Assembly (NCBI GenBank): GCA_001179505.1
Contig: CDMY01000416.1
Location: 1-64,000 of the forward strand
Reading direction: 5' to 3'
DNA length: 64,000 nucleotides
Source: Vitrella brassicaformis CCMP3155
Taxonomy: Eukaryota > Protista > Chromerida
A model generated the notes under the pieces. That model had not been told where the DNA came from and did not search any database. It was given only the letters and a program-made list of their open reading frames with translations. This document shows positions 48,976 to 61,759 of this stretch, piece after piece. The position numbers and the translations under genes were made by a program. Every line of letters starts with the position of its first letter. The stretch's first letter is position 1.

Positions 48976-51299
48976 CTGGAGTTGTGTGAAGAAAAAAAAA
49001 ACCTCTCTCGCGGCGGAAAGGCCAGCCGCTGAGAGAGGGGGTGCACACATTACTCAAACAATATAAAATGTAGGCAGCGATCATCCAACCATCCATCCAA
49101 TCATCCATCCAACCATCCATCCAACCATCCAGCCAGCAGTAATGAAGAGGTGGCCCTGAACGAAACACACACACACACACACACATGTTCGTTCATACGT
49201 TTGCGCCTTCAAGTGTGTCTCTGTCTGTCTGTGTGTGGCTCTCTTCTCCTCTTCCCCCTCTCCACTGACCTGTCAGTCAATGAATGGGTCGATGTGTCGT
49301 GACCAAGAAGGAAAGGGACAAGAGACAAGACTTCCCGCGTTGTAAATAATTGCAGAGACTGGAGTTGTGTGAAAAAAAAAACCTCTCTCGCGGCGGAAAG
49401 GCCAGCCGCTGAGAGAGGGGGTGCAAACATTACTCCAACAATATAAAATGTAGGCAGCGATCGATCTGGAGAAAGCACATCCTCCATCCCCCCATCGATG
49501 GATCGAGTGACTCGCGCCCTGAACACACCATAGACAGACAGACAGACAGACACACGCAGCCAGCAACCAACCAAAACGCCGTGAGTGAGTGAGCACACCT
49601 CTGTCGACGAATGAATGCGTGTGTGAGGGACTGACTGACTGACTTACCTCGAGAGGGGCAATGCATTCTGTCAAATCCACGGCCATCCGATCTTCTTAGT
49701 CCGGTACGAATCAACGCCGTGACGACAACTACACAAAGACTCGACTCCCCACACTTAGGCTTGCCGACCATCCATCCATCCAGCAGTGATGAAGAGGTGG
49801 CCCTGAACGAAACAAACACACACACACACACATGTTCGTTCATACGTTTGCGCCTTCAAGTGTGTGTCTGTCTGTCTGTGTGTGGCTCTCTTCTCCTCTC
49901 CCCCCTCTCCACTCACCTGTCAGTCAATGAATGGGTCGATGTGTCGTGACCAAGAAGGAAAGGGACAAGAGACAAGACACAAGACACAAGACTTCCCGCA
50001 TTTTAAACAGAAGACTGGGGTGCAGTAAAGAAAAAGGCGGGTTACAATGTCGGGGGGCAGAGAGAGGAGGGCACCGACATTGTAACCCGCCGTGCACACC
50101 CGTCCGGATATAAAATGTAGGCAGCGATCATCCAACCATCCATCCAACCATCCATCCATCCAGCAGTGATGAAGAGGTGGCCCTGAACGACACACACACC
50201 CACACACACACACACATGTTCGTTCATACGTTTGCGCCTTCAAGTGTGTCTCTGTCTGTCTGTCTGTGGCTCTCTTCTCCTCTCCCCCCTCTCCACTCAC
50301 CTGTCAGTCAATGAATGGGTCGATGTGTCGTGACCAAGAAGGAAAGGGACAAGAGACAAGACTTCCCGCGTTGTAAATAATTGCGGAGACTGGAGTTGTG
50401 TGAAAAAAAACCCTCTCTCGCGGCGGAAACGCCAGCTGCTGCGAGAGAGGGGGTGCACACATTACTCCAACAATATAAAATGTAGGCAGCGATCGATCAG
50501 GAGAGAGAAAGCACATCCTCCATCCCCCCATCGATGGATCGACTGACTCGCGTCCTGAACACACCATAGACAGACAGACACACGCAGCCAGCAACCAACC
50601 AACGCCGTGAGTGAGTGAGCACACCTCTGTCGACGAATGAATGCGTGTGTGAGGGACTGACTGACTGACTTACCTCGAGAGGGGCAATGCATTCTGTCAA
50701 ATCCACGGCCATCTGATCTTCTTAGTCCGGTACGAATGAACGCCGTGACGACAACTACACAAAGACTCGACTCCCCACACTTAGGCTCGCCGACCATCTA
50801 TCCATCCAGCCAGCAGTGATGAAGAGGTGGCCCTGAACGACACACACACACACAGACACACACACACACATGTTCGTTCATACGTTTGCGCCTTCAAGTG
50901 TGTGTCTGTCTGTCTGTGTGTGGCTCTCTTCTCCTCTCCCCCCTCTCCACTCACCTGTCAGTCAATGAATGGGTCGATGTGTCGTGACCAAGAAGGAATG
51001 GGACAAGAGACAAGACTTCCCGCGTTGTAAATAATTGCAGAGACTGGAGTTGTGTGAAAAAAAAACCTCTCTCGCGGCGGAAAGGCCAGCCGCTGAGAGA
51101 GGGGGTGCACACATTACTCCAACAATATAAAATGTAGGCAGCGATCGATCAGGAGAAAGCACATCCTCCATCCCCCCATCGATGGATCGAGTGACTCGCG
51201 CCCTGAACACACCATAGACAGACAGACAGACACACGCAGCCAGCAACCAACCAAAACGCCGTGAGCGAGCACACCTCTGTCGATGCGTGTGTGAGGGAC

Positions 51300-52545
51300 T
51301 GACTGACTTACCTCGAGAGAGACAGTGCATTCTGTCAAAAGCACGGCCATCAGGAGAAAGAATCAAACTTCCATCATCTGCACACAAGCATGCCGACAGG
51401 GCACAGTGAGATCACCACAGCAATGAAACGGACCACGCAGTCATCCTCGAATATCATCCACACACCATACCGACACCGCAGCCAACCAAAAGAAAAAAAG
51501 ATATGACACGCACGTGGACTCACCTGAAAAGATGTTTGAGTTTGAAGACAAAAGAAGGCGTGCGCGCACTCAGCTGACGCCAGACAGGTGTCAGGTAGTC
51601 TCCACCCATTCAGCAGAAGAAAGGGCGCCAGCAACCGGCTGAGGCACTCGCGGCACGGCGGTAGAGGACGAAAGTGGCAGGCAGACGACACTCGGACAAG
51701 TCGGAGCGGGAGGGGATGGGCGGACCACACAAGCCAACGACCATTCGCCAAGGGAGGAGGGAGGCTCAGGCTGATGTCAGCGACTGACGGGCGGGCGGGT
51801 CAGGGGCGGTCAGGTGGACTCGTCCTTTTCAGAAACGGCGCAGGGGGGGCTGTGTCGGCCTCGGGCGGGTGGCGCCCGACCTCTCCCGCCGAAAAATGAA
51901 CAGAAACGAAGGAGATGTGAGGCGAACAGTGGGAAATGAGGACAGCTGGCGTGGAAACTGTCCGCTGCTTCCTTTTCTTGAAAAGACCGTCTCGGGACGG
52001 CGAGAATTCGAATGCTCGCCGCGATTCTCGCCACAAGCTCGCACGTCTTTTTCCGAAGCCCTCCTTGTTGGTAACGCCACCCTCTCCTTTTCATCATTGT
52101 CCTCAAGCTGTCCATTGTGAAGTTGACTGACTTACTGGCTTGCTGACTTACTTGAGAGAGACAAGGCCTTGTCGACAAAAAGGAGACGGCCATCAGGAGA
52201 AAGAACCAAAATCCCACCATCTGCACACCAGCATGCCAGCAGGGCACAGTGAGATCATCACAGCAATGAAAGAGACTACGCCAGTCATCCTTGAACATCA
52301 TCCAAACATTATACCATTACCTTAGCCAATGAGGGGAGGTTTTGAAGGCAGAAGAAGGCGTGCGCACACTCAGAGTTGACGCCAGACAGGTGTCAAGAGC
52401 CGCCACTGATCCAGCAGGTGGGCTTGGCGCTACCGGCCGAGGCCTCGCTCGTGGCACGGCGGTAGAGGAAGGAAGCTTTTCATCCGGACGAGTTGGGAGG
52501 GGCGGGAGGCGATGCGGCGGACCACACCAGCCAAAAAGCAGGTGA
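51300..52545 (+). repeat. Diverged direct repeat with ~840-bp period
   Basis: CTGACTTAC...GGCCATCAGGAGAAAGAA...GGGCACAGTGAGATCA...GACGCCAGACAGGTGTCA...CACGGCGGTAGAGGA recurs from ~51300 and ~52140. Confidence 0.85.
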
Positions 52546-53460
52546 AAAGAAGAAGACGCGGGGGATCTGTGGTGGAAAGAAGGCTGGAAAGCCGACCGTG
52601 GACAGAAAATGTGAACCGTAGGACAAATTTGTGCGTCTCGAATTTATTTCTCGTCCCGTCTCCAATTCTCGCCGAGTGAGAAAACCTCCTTCTCGTAAGC
52701 CTTTTTGTGGCACATGGGCAGCCAGTAAGCGAGTGGCTGTTGCTTACGTGGCAGAGGCGACGTCCGTCTCGAATTTCTCACCTGCGCGAAAAGAAGAAGA
52801 AGAAGATGCGACGCTCGACCAAAGAGAGAATGAGGGTATCACCAAAAAGCTCGACGTCAGACACACCTTCCATGCGCTATTCCTTGCGGCCATGGTCTCC
52901 TCTCTGGATGAAACTCCTCGGCTCCCAACCCACAATATTGCCCAGCAATACCGTATGTTGCCCGCACGACGTCGTTGAGGCAGGCCACTGCGACGCGGGC
53001 GGAATGCAATGATCCTGACGAAAGCCGCCGAAGGGAGGAGCGGAATGGAGGAGACGGCAGGCGGAAAAGGCAGTAAAGGCAGTCGGGCGGAGTGGATGGG
53101 ACGGTCGTGTTTCTTCCTGTCGCGGCCGGGTTTGTCTCGTTTCTCGCCATTCTTGACGGGCAAATTCTCGATGAAGGGTTATTCCAGTGTTGTCGCAGGA
53201 CTGCCAGTGTCTGCGATCGGGACTCAGAGGCCCCCTTGCCCCCAGTCTCAGCGAAGGATAAGAGGCGCGTGTCGATTTTGCCTGCGGGGGCTGCACAGGC
53301 GAGAAGGGAAGAGGAGTTTGAGGAGGATAGGCGGAGGAAGAGAAAGACTGAGGCGCTCAGCAAATCGCCCTGGGCCATCATCGACTCACTCAAGGACTGG
53401 AGATGGAGACAGGGGCAGCCCAGGGCCTACGTGTGCTGATTGGTACCTGTGGTCATTGCC
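52455..53460 (+). repeat. Left copy of a non-coding repeat whose inverted partner is at 61760-62303
   Basis: 52455-52726 and ~53189-53460 match the reverse complement of 61760-62303. Confidence 0.9.
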
Positions 53461-54241
53461 CACCTGCAGGGCCGTCGTGACTGACTGCCTGACTGCTTTC
53501 ATGCGTGCGTGTATGTGTGGATGGATGGATGGATGGATGGATGTGGTGTCTCAGGCCTGTCTGTGGTGACACAGCCACAGGCGTGTGGCTGTTGAGCCCT
53601 TCTCCTGTTCTGTTCTGTCGGGGTGTGTGTGTGTGTGTGTGTGGGTGTGTGGGTGGGTGGGTCGCATATAGGTATCAGATCTTACACACTCTGAGCTGAT
53701 GCGCATCGCTCGTCAATCAAGAGCAGCCCAGCCGCACTCACACGTAGCCAGACGTATATATGTACATGCTTCCTTCCTTCCTTGGCAGCAAGGCAAGCAG
53801 CAACCAATATGGCCCGGCGCGCACCCCGTGACACGCAAGACCTCACTCATCTCACATTGACTACCCACACAAGAAGCATCAAGTGACCTGTCTGACCTGT
53901 CTGTCAATGGCCAGACGGATATGTGCATGGGTGGATGACCAAACAACACGCAACACGCAAGGCACACATGAAACAAGAAAGCACCAGCAGCAGCAGCACA
54001 TGCACATGCATGCCCACACGACACGACACGACACGAGCAATCAATCAATCAATCAGTACACAGAAAGGCTTCTGTTTCGAGTGAATGGGCAACGGCCAAA
54101 CGAAACAGAAGAGCGAGACAAAGAGGCAAGGCCGAAGAAAGGTAGAGGTAAGGTGAGGTCAAGTAGGTGGCTGGGTGGGTGTCTACTCTTGCTCTTAAAC
54201 CAACACGTGAGGATACTTGACAGCTGGTGGATACACACGCA

Positions 54242-54272
<31 letters not shown>

Positions 54273-56253
54273 GTGCATGCCATTTGTGTGTGTTGCGTGT
54301 CGTGCAGCATGATGGGGGCTGACGGCATGCCATTCTCACCCGACCGATGGTGCCCGGCCCGGGGGTGTGAATGCCATGCCGCGACCAGCCCCGCCCACAA
54401 ATGCATCAACACACCACACACAGTTCCCCTCCTCTCTCTCTCGCTGTCTGTCTTTTGTGTCAGCATGGGGCAGGCTTCAGCGGCGAGCACTGTCTCTCCA
54501 TTTAGTGTTCCCCCAGGCGAGGCAGAACCGGCCGCTGGGCGGGTGGATGCAGCTGGCGGCAAACAGGATGCAGTGTGACAACACTGCAACCTGTCTGCCG
54601 CCAGCTGCATACCTTGTGTCGGTTCATCGAGGAGGGGTATAGTACATCGGAGAGATTCAAAGAGGGGATCGATTGAAGGAAAGAAGGACGACGGGCAGCA
54701 AGAAGGAAAGAAGGACGACAGGGCACTCACCCAGTCACTGCTGACTGCCACAAATCAAAACACTGCAGGCAACGCGCACTCACTCGCTGGCTCATCACAT
54801 ACATCAGCACATCAGGCACCCAGTGCGTATCAATTCCATTCGCGGCAATATCATCTGGGAATGTGTGCAAGGCAAAAAGAGCCCGTCGTCTGCCTGCGTG
54901 TCACGCTGCATCACTCCACCTACACAGTTAGCCGCCAATGCAATGCCCAGTAGGGCAAGCAACCCGAGACTTACCGCTATTCCCGCGTGAAACTCATCCC
55001 TCTCGCCGCCGCACCTACCGGAAAAAGAATATCGCGGGCTATACACACCACACACTGCCTGCCCCTCTCGTGCAACCACACACAAGACAGCTCAACTACG
55101 TGCTGAACTCCTAAGGCAACATCAAGGAAGAACGTCTTTGATGTCGCCGCAGAGCTGGTAGAGTGTGTGTGGACGCCATAGACAAGACATGTAGACACGC
55201 ACACAGACGATGCCACACAGAGCACAGCAGTCCACACAGAGAGAAAAGGCCGACCAACACACAACAGCCGTCCCCTCACACACACAGAGCGACAGACAGA
55301 CACACACACAGCGACAGAGAGACAGAGAGGGAGTCCGTCGACTCATCGGCCGATCATCCTGCCTCCCACACACAAATGGATCGACACACACACACTCACA
55401 CACACACAGACGAGTAGCACTCAGCAGCGGTGGGGGAGAGGGCCATCGCGCCACTCGACGGCCGTATCGTCATCATCAGCGCGGCGAAGCCATCCGCCAC
55501 TGAGCCAGACAGCCACACCTGCACACAGACAGACAGACAGACAGTCAGACATCTGTGTGTGTCGGATCCCTTTGTGTGTGTCGGCACACCACAGAGTGTC
55601 AGTGTCGTTTGCTGTCGATCGGCACACCACAGAGTGGCCAGGCCATTGGACATCTTCCGCCGATGGGCACAGCTCATCGCCTCAACGCCTGACACACACA
55701 CACACACACACACACACAGACGACAGTTGTCAGTCCACCGACCCCTTCAGCTCACCTCCCCCTTCCTCCCTCCCCCCCCTGTCTGTCTGTCTGTCTGTCT
55801 GTGCGGTCCGTACCATCGCTGACAGCCGAGAGAGGGAGAGAGAGCGCCACACCTAAGTCAGATCTGTCTCGTTGTGTGTTGCTGTCGTCAGCTGGCGGCC
55901 ACATACATCTCCCTCGTCAGTCAGCCAGACGAAGATCTACATGCAGGCGCTTCACCAATATTTACCGACAGGGGAGCTCTCGCAGCTCCTTCATCTCGTG
56001 ATCTCTTCATCAGCCTGTTGCGTGGTCGCTTGATTGCGCGTTGAGACGCTGGACCAGGCTTTTGGCAATTCGTGAAACCGCTCTTCATCAGCCTGAGCTC
56101 GCACCTGTCCTGTGGCCAGAGCGGGTGCAGGAGCGCAGAGGTATGGACACACAACCAGGCAAGGCAGCAGCTGTTACGTCGGTATTGTTTTACACTGCTG
56201 CAGATGTGTGTGTGGGGATGAAGAGGACGCGCCCGTCTGAAGGATGCGTCGCC

Positions 56254-57748
56254 ATGGCGGAGGACGCCTTGGCTTCTCCCCCGCCCTCTGTGGACTACGT
56301 GCGTCGGCTGCCGGTGTCGGTGTGGCAGGATTTGGTAATCCCTCTCTGCCCTGTCGACGCCTGCGGGCGGCTCAAGATCACCGGGCCGTATGTGGAGCTG
56401 CACTTCAGCGAGAAGGCCCTCCTGAAGCGATTCGATATAGCAAGGAAGCGCAACCAGCTGGAGGGTGAGGGTGGCCCACTGCCGCACCGCAGTCGACTCG
56501 TAGGGGGCTGTGCTATATGTGTGTTGGTGGCATGTGTTTCTGTGTGTGCAGGCCTCATTGCTCTGGACCCCAGCATTGACGCCGGTAGCCGATATGACAT
56601 CCTCCTGCGCATCACATATGCACTAGAGTGGGCGAGCAAACACACCACCTGTCAATCAGCCACAAACACGTGTGACCTGTATTGTATTGTGCGTCTGCCT
56701 GCGCCACATTAATAGGTGTGGTGACTGGCGCATGTGGCCGTCGTTCCTCCGTCTGGCGACGTGCAACGGCCACCTGCCGCAGGATCGCATCGGTGCCGGT
56801 CGGCCGCTCATTTTGACGGCCGACAAGGTGCGGGAGGCCATCCCCACCAGGGCGGCATTCACAAGCACCATGCCACAGCGACTGGCCCAGTTTGGGCTCT
56901 TCAGCGTCTTCATGACCAGGGGGTCGCGTAGATTGCCCCGAGAGGTGCGGCCGTCGGTGTATGCCGAGGTCATGGGTTTCGAGCTGACGGTGTATGCCGA
57001 GGACGAGCTGTACCACCCCTATGGGGACACTGTGCATCCCTACCAACACACATACTCAGACGAAGGTAGCGAACACACACACACACACACACACATGGGC
57101 ACAGGCATCTGTCTGTCTGTCTGTCTGTCTGTGTGTGCTACATAGATCCTGTGTGTCGGCGAGGCGAGTACATGTTCCCGTCGTGTATGGCCTTCCTCAC
57201 CTGGGCAGCAGTGAGCTACCGGTACTGCTTCATTGGCAACCCGAGCAAAGCCATCGCCACACGACGGGAGGAGCCAGGCTGCCGCAAGAGCCACACTTTC
57301 CGCCACCTCAGCCGCCTCGCAAACCCTGCAAAGGTCGCTCAGTGGACGACCATCGAGTTTCTGGCGGTATGTTGGAATAAGCCAGCCCAGCTACACACAA
57401 TCACGGTCACTGCTGGCTGCATATGGCTTTTGTCTGCGTGTCTGTCTATGTGCGTCTTTGTCTGTCTGTCTGTGTGTCTGTGTGTCCACTCCACAGGATT
57501 ACTTCCACGTGTGTGACGACCGTCGGTACAACCGTGTCTACGTGCTCGAGGGCCACCGGCCGGGCGAGACGATGGCCGTCACCATGCACCTTGGCGGCAA
57601 CGACCACATGGCCGCCATCGTCTCGACCGAGCCAAAAGCCGAGGACCACAATCAGTGGTGGGCGGCCTACCCCCGATCGGCCGCCGCCGCCAACGCCCTC
57701 ACCCACGACCTCTGCGAGCCCCCAATGGACGCCAACCGGTTCTTCTAG
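56254..57748 (+). CDS. Hypothetical protein of an expanded orphan family with an F-box-like N-terminus
   Basis: MAEDALASPPPSVDYVRRLPVSVWQDLVIPLCP...NQLEG | LIALDP...YALE | CGDWRMWPSFLRLA... | ...DANRFF*, with in-phase GT-AG introns. The F-box resemblance is weak. Confidence 0.6.
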
Positions 57749-59693
57749 CCGCTTCAGGAGCCGAGCCGCCAGACAGACAGACAGACAGACAGACAGACAG
57801 GGACGTGAGCTGAGCTTTTGGAGCTCACCTCGTTCCAGATAGCTGAGCGAAGAAGAGGGAGGGACAGACGACAGACTGTTCGTTCATGGCGGGATGATGT
57901 GTGTGCAGTGTGCAGTATGTGCCTGTTGGTTCGTGTGTGTGCGTGGGCGTGTGTATGGCTGAGACGTTTGATTGTCCGAAATGAACACATGAATGTTTTG
58001 AGTCCGCCCGCCCGTACACACCTAGCATTCATCCGCACCATACAAAGAAGACCTCTAGTCATCAGCCAGGCAGGCAGGCAGGCAGCCGGTCGCTGGAGGC
58101 CAAATTGACGTACACACATATCGCCTCACCGGCCGTCTAATGGATCCACCAATGCGTCTTGGGGGGAGGGGCTCTCTCTACGACGTCGACAGACATACAC
58201 CATCCATCCATCCCTCCCTCACTCACTCATTCATCGACCGCACAAAGCACACGCAGTACCGACACGCACCTTAAAATACACACACACACACACACACGAT
58301 CCATGCCTATATCCATCCATCCATCCACTGCTGGCAAAAGAAAAGGGGTTTCTACCATTGATGGCATCAATCAAACTGCTCCTCGTCCATTTGGCCCGAG
58401 TAGTACACACACAAATGAGAGCAAAATGTGCCCACAACAAACAGACGGCGACAGCGATCAACGAGTGATTGATTAAAAGTCATGCTGTTCAGCCAAATTC
58501 AACGCAGCCATCACAACACAGACACACACACAGATGCATCCCGACCATCAGGGCAGCGATCGGCACACTGGGTGAGGCCCGGTGTGTGGGTAGTGAAGGC
58601 GCGGGGCAGGCTGCTGGGAGACGGGTAAGAAGGAGCCGGGCTGCCAGTGATGCTGCTGCTGCTGCTGCTGGCCCGCGGGCGGGGTCGGCGTGTGTGTGGG
58701 TGGCGTTGGTGAGACGTATGGAAAGGGGTACGAATAGGAGACAGGCAGAGAAATGGGCGCCTGCAAGGAAACATGGATCAACAGATACAGCCTGTGTCAG
58801 TGGTCTGCGTGCACCATGTGTGTGTGTGTGTGTGTGTTCGTTCTCGTTCACCGCTGGGACAGGCATGATGTGAAAGAAAGGCGCGTGAGTGGGCTGCACG
58901 GCGACGCGATATGAGGGTGGTGACGGCTGCAGGCAGACACACAACCCACACAGAGGGAATGGACAGACAATGCGGCTCACGACTTACCACAGACAGACCG
59001 ATGATTGAGGACGGTTGCCCATACGGCTGGGCGACACGGAGAGGGGTGGCTTGCTGCACGGGGCAGTGCAGCAACAAAAGGAAAAATGCCAGCAGCATCC
59101 ATCCATCCATCCATGGATGCATCCAAGCATACATATACCCATACATACCTGATGGCGTTGAAACATGACCATCTGACTACGCCCAGGCGCCTGCACACAC
59201 ATACAACGGCGCAGGGAGGTGGGGGAGGCGTGGGTATGAAGGTGCGTGTGCTCTTGCCACCTGAGTGGTGGGTGGCACTTGCGGCGGTTGAGCACCGACA
59301 CCAGCGCGACCAACGGCCTGATTCATGCGAAGAACAGCATTCACATACGTGTGTGACGCTGTGTTGCGTATGTATGGTGCTTCATCCGACCTCTGCCTCA
59401 CGCCCATCTCCTCCCTCATCCAGCATCTCAGGTGCCGTCTGCTGCCTGGGAGGCACCATCTCCCGGGCGGAGGATGACTGGTGGCTTGGCGCCTTGGGGA
59501 CGGCCATGATGGTGTCCTGAAAATATACATTGATAGAATGAAGTCGATCGGCGACCTGATCGTTCGTTTGTACGTGTTACCTGTCCTCTGAGCTCTGCAG
59601 GGGGTTCGGGATGCTGAGAGAGGGGGGGTGAAACCCTGCAGAACACACAACACATCCATCCATCCATCCATACGGCGGCCTTAGTGTTTTCAC

Positions 59694-61438
59694 TCACCCT
59701 CCAGCTCCTCGTAGCCATGGGTGTCCAAGTGCCCGTCGAGCAGTGCATCGCTGAGCGGGGTCCAGCCGCAGCAACGGCAACAGGAAGGCCGCGAACGCGT
59801 CAGCACTCTCCTCATCCATCCCTCTTTCCCGCTGCAGCTCCCCCCTGACAGAACGGCACATCGACGGCACTCGCCCCTTCTTGGCGCAGAGGTGGTAGAT
59901 GTGGCCAGCCAAAACGTCACAGCCGCCTTCATTGTCGACCTCGGCCTGCTTCAGGAAGGGTTCCTTCACGAGGTCTCTCGAGTAGCGGGAGGCGGCTGAC
60001 ACGGAGTCGCGGGGGCAGACTACCTCATCGACTTGCACCAGCTGCTCTGCATCGCAGCCCCAGCAGAAGGCGAGAGAGGAGGGGTCGGTGCGGCGAGGGC
60101 AGATCTCGGGTGTGCTGCACTTGGCGACGTCAATGAGGTGAGTCCCCGCTGCGAGACGGTAGAGCAGACATCCAGCCGCGAAGATGTCAACCGCAGAGGT
60201 GCAGTGGTGGCCCAGAACCATCTGCAACACAGAGAACGCAACAGTTCAACACTTACATTTTGTGCTTCGCTTGACCCATCCCTTACCCACCTCGGGGGCG
60301 TGATACTGGCGAGTCGTGGGGTCCCTCTCGATGCCACTGTTGTGCTCCCACAGTGCCGTGCTGAGGTCGACTATCTTGAAGTCCACGCCCTCATTGTCTG
60401 CGTCGATAGTGTCACCAAGCGGCAGGACGCTGGGTGGCAGCCTGACGGACGTACCGCCCCCAGTCTCGTCCCCTCTCTCTTGCCTGTGGTCGGCCACCCA
60501 ATGCCTCACTCGTTTCTCCCGCTCCCTCTGTCTCGCCTCCACGTCCATCTTGACCCTCTCCTCGTCTGTGGCGCCATCTCTCTTCGTGCGATAGAGGGCG
60601 GTCTTCTCTGTGCTGATGGCTTCGTCTGTCTGCTTGTGGCTGCTGAGGAGGGAGGGGTCGCTGTGCGATGGGTACAGCTCGCCCGCTGGGAGGGAAGGAG
60701 ACGTGTGGCTGGGGTGGGCTGGTGAAGGTGTGCAGGGATGCGGGCCGCTTGGCGAGGGGATGGTCGCTGCGACCTTCGCCGGCTTCAGATTGCCGCGGAA
60801 GACCCCGCAATGGCGATGGAGGTAGTCGAGTCCCAACAAGACGTGCGTGGCGACCTTACGGACGATGGGGAGTGGCACGCCTGCAGACGAGAAGAAGACA
60901 TATAAGCAATTCGATTGATCCTGTGCATTGCATCCCGCCCTCCCCGACCATGAGGATGCTGCTTGACCAGCTGACGAAGGTCATGCCCGAGGGGCTCCAG
61001 CACCAGGCACATGTGCCACAGCACCCCTCTCGCCTCCTCACGGCCATTTGGGTTGGTGAAGTGTCGGTCGAGCAGGACGATGGACGTGGGGCGGGGGCGG
61101 TGCGGACGGACTGAAGGGAGAGGGAGGTCCGGCAGCTCACGTTGCAGCTTGTCGAAACTCAACACCCACTCCCTGTCGGCCTTTGTGTTTGTGACCTTGA
61201 GGAAGGTGGCCTCTCTGTTGGCTTTCCCCTCCTTGATGCTCATGGCCGCCTTGATGGCCACGAGGCGAGGGCCATCGGTCGCCCGCTCATCCACCGCAAA
61301 CCACAGCGTTGCTGCATCGCTGAAGCCCGCCTTCTGCAGAATGCGGTATCGACCGTTGTCCAGAAGCGAGCCGACACTGATGTCCATGTAGCCTCCAGCA
61401 ACATGGTGCTCTGACGGCTCGGTGTCTGATTCTTCCAT
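59694..61438 (-). CDS. SRPK-family (CMGC) kinase-like protein, probable pseudokinase
   Basis: HHVAGGYMDISVGSLLDNGRYRILQK, VAIK, HMCLVLEPLGHDL, GVPLPIVRKV..LLGLDYLH, TRQYHAPE and RALGHPWL are SRPK hallmarks with an SRPK-style spacer. The catalytic loop reads FRGNLKPAK. Confidence 0.85.
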
Positions 61439-61759
61439 CTCCCAATCAACCGCTCGAATAGCCTGAACGAGTCACAGATGGCATCGCACACGTGCTCAAG
61501 GTTTTCGCCTACCTACCTGTTCGGTCACTTCTCCTTCGGCGAGAACAGGCAGTCGTGAGGCTCCACTCATCGTCAAAGTGATTCAGGAACAGACTCAGGG
61601 AAGGAGAGGCATCAACGGCAGAGTTGGATGGTTTGTTTCATCGTCTTGCCGCAAATCACCTCTCAAAAAGACGCACTGAGCCCCCGGAGCATGACGGCGG
61701 CCACGTTGCTCCCAGTGGGAGGAACCACTTCGACGAGCAGTTTCACAGAATGTCCCTAT

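Larger units (their letters stand above)
46880..51345 (-). repeat. Tandem array of ~400-700 bp units (at least 8-9 visible copies, two internal gaps)
   Basis: Recurring blocks TTCATACG..GCGCCTTCAAGTGTG, TCACCTGTCAGTCAATGAATGGGTCGATG, A-run plus hairpin, TATAAAATGTAGGCAGCGATC and GTGATGAAGAGGTGGCCCTGAAC. Confidence 0.95.

Noticed and set aside
47570-51387. Repeated ORFs ([13 protein letters not shown]...) in the array as a repeat protein
   Set aside because: Frames differ between copies because of variable homopolymer and microsatellite lengths.
54053-54160. DKEARPKK peptide matching the AP2 gene
   Set aside because: Short low-complexity match in a non-coding-looking region; likely coincidence.
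54800-55720. Possible minus-strand exons opposite the F-box-like gene promoter
   Set aside because: Could not assemble an open spliced frame.
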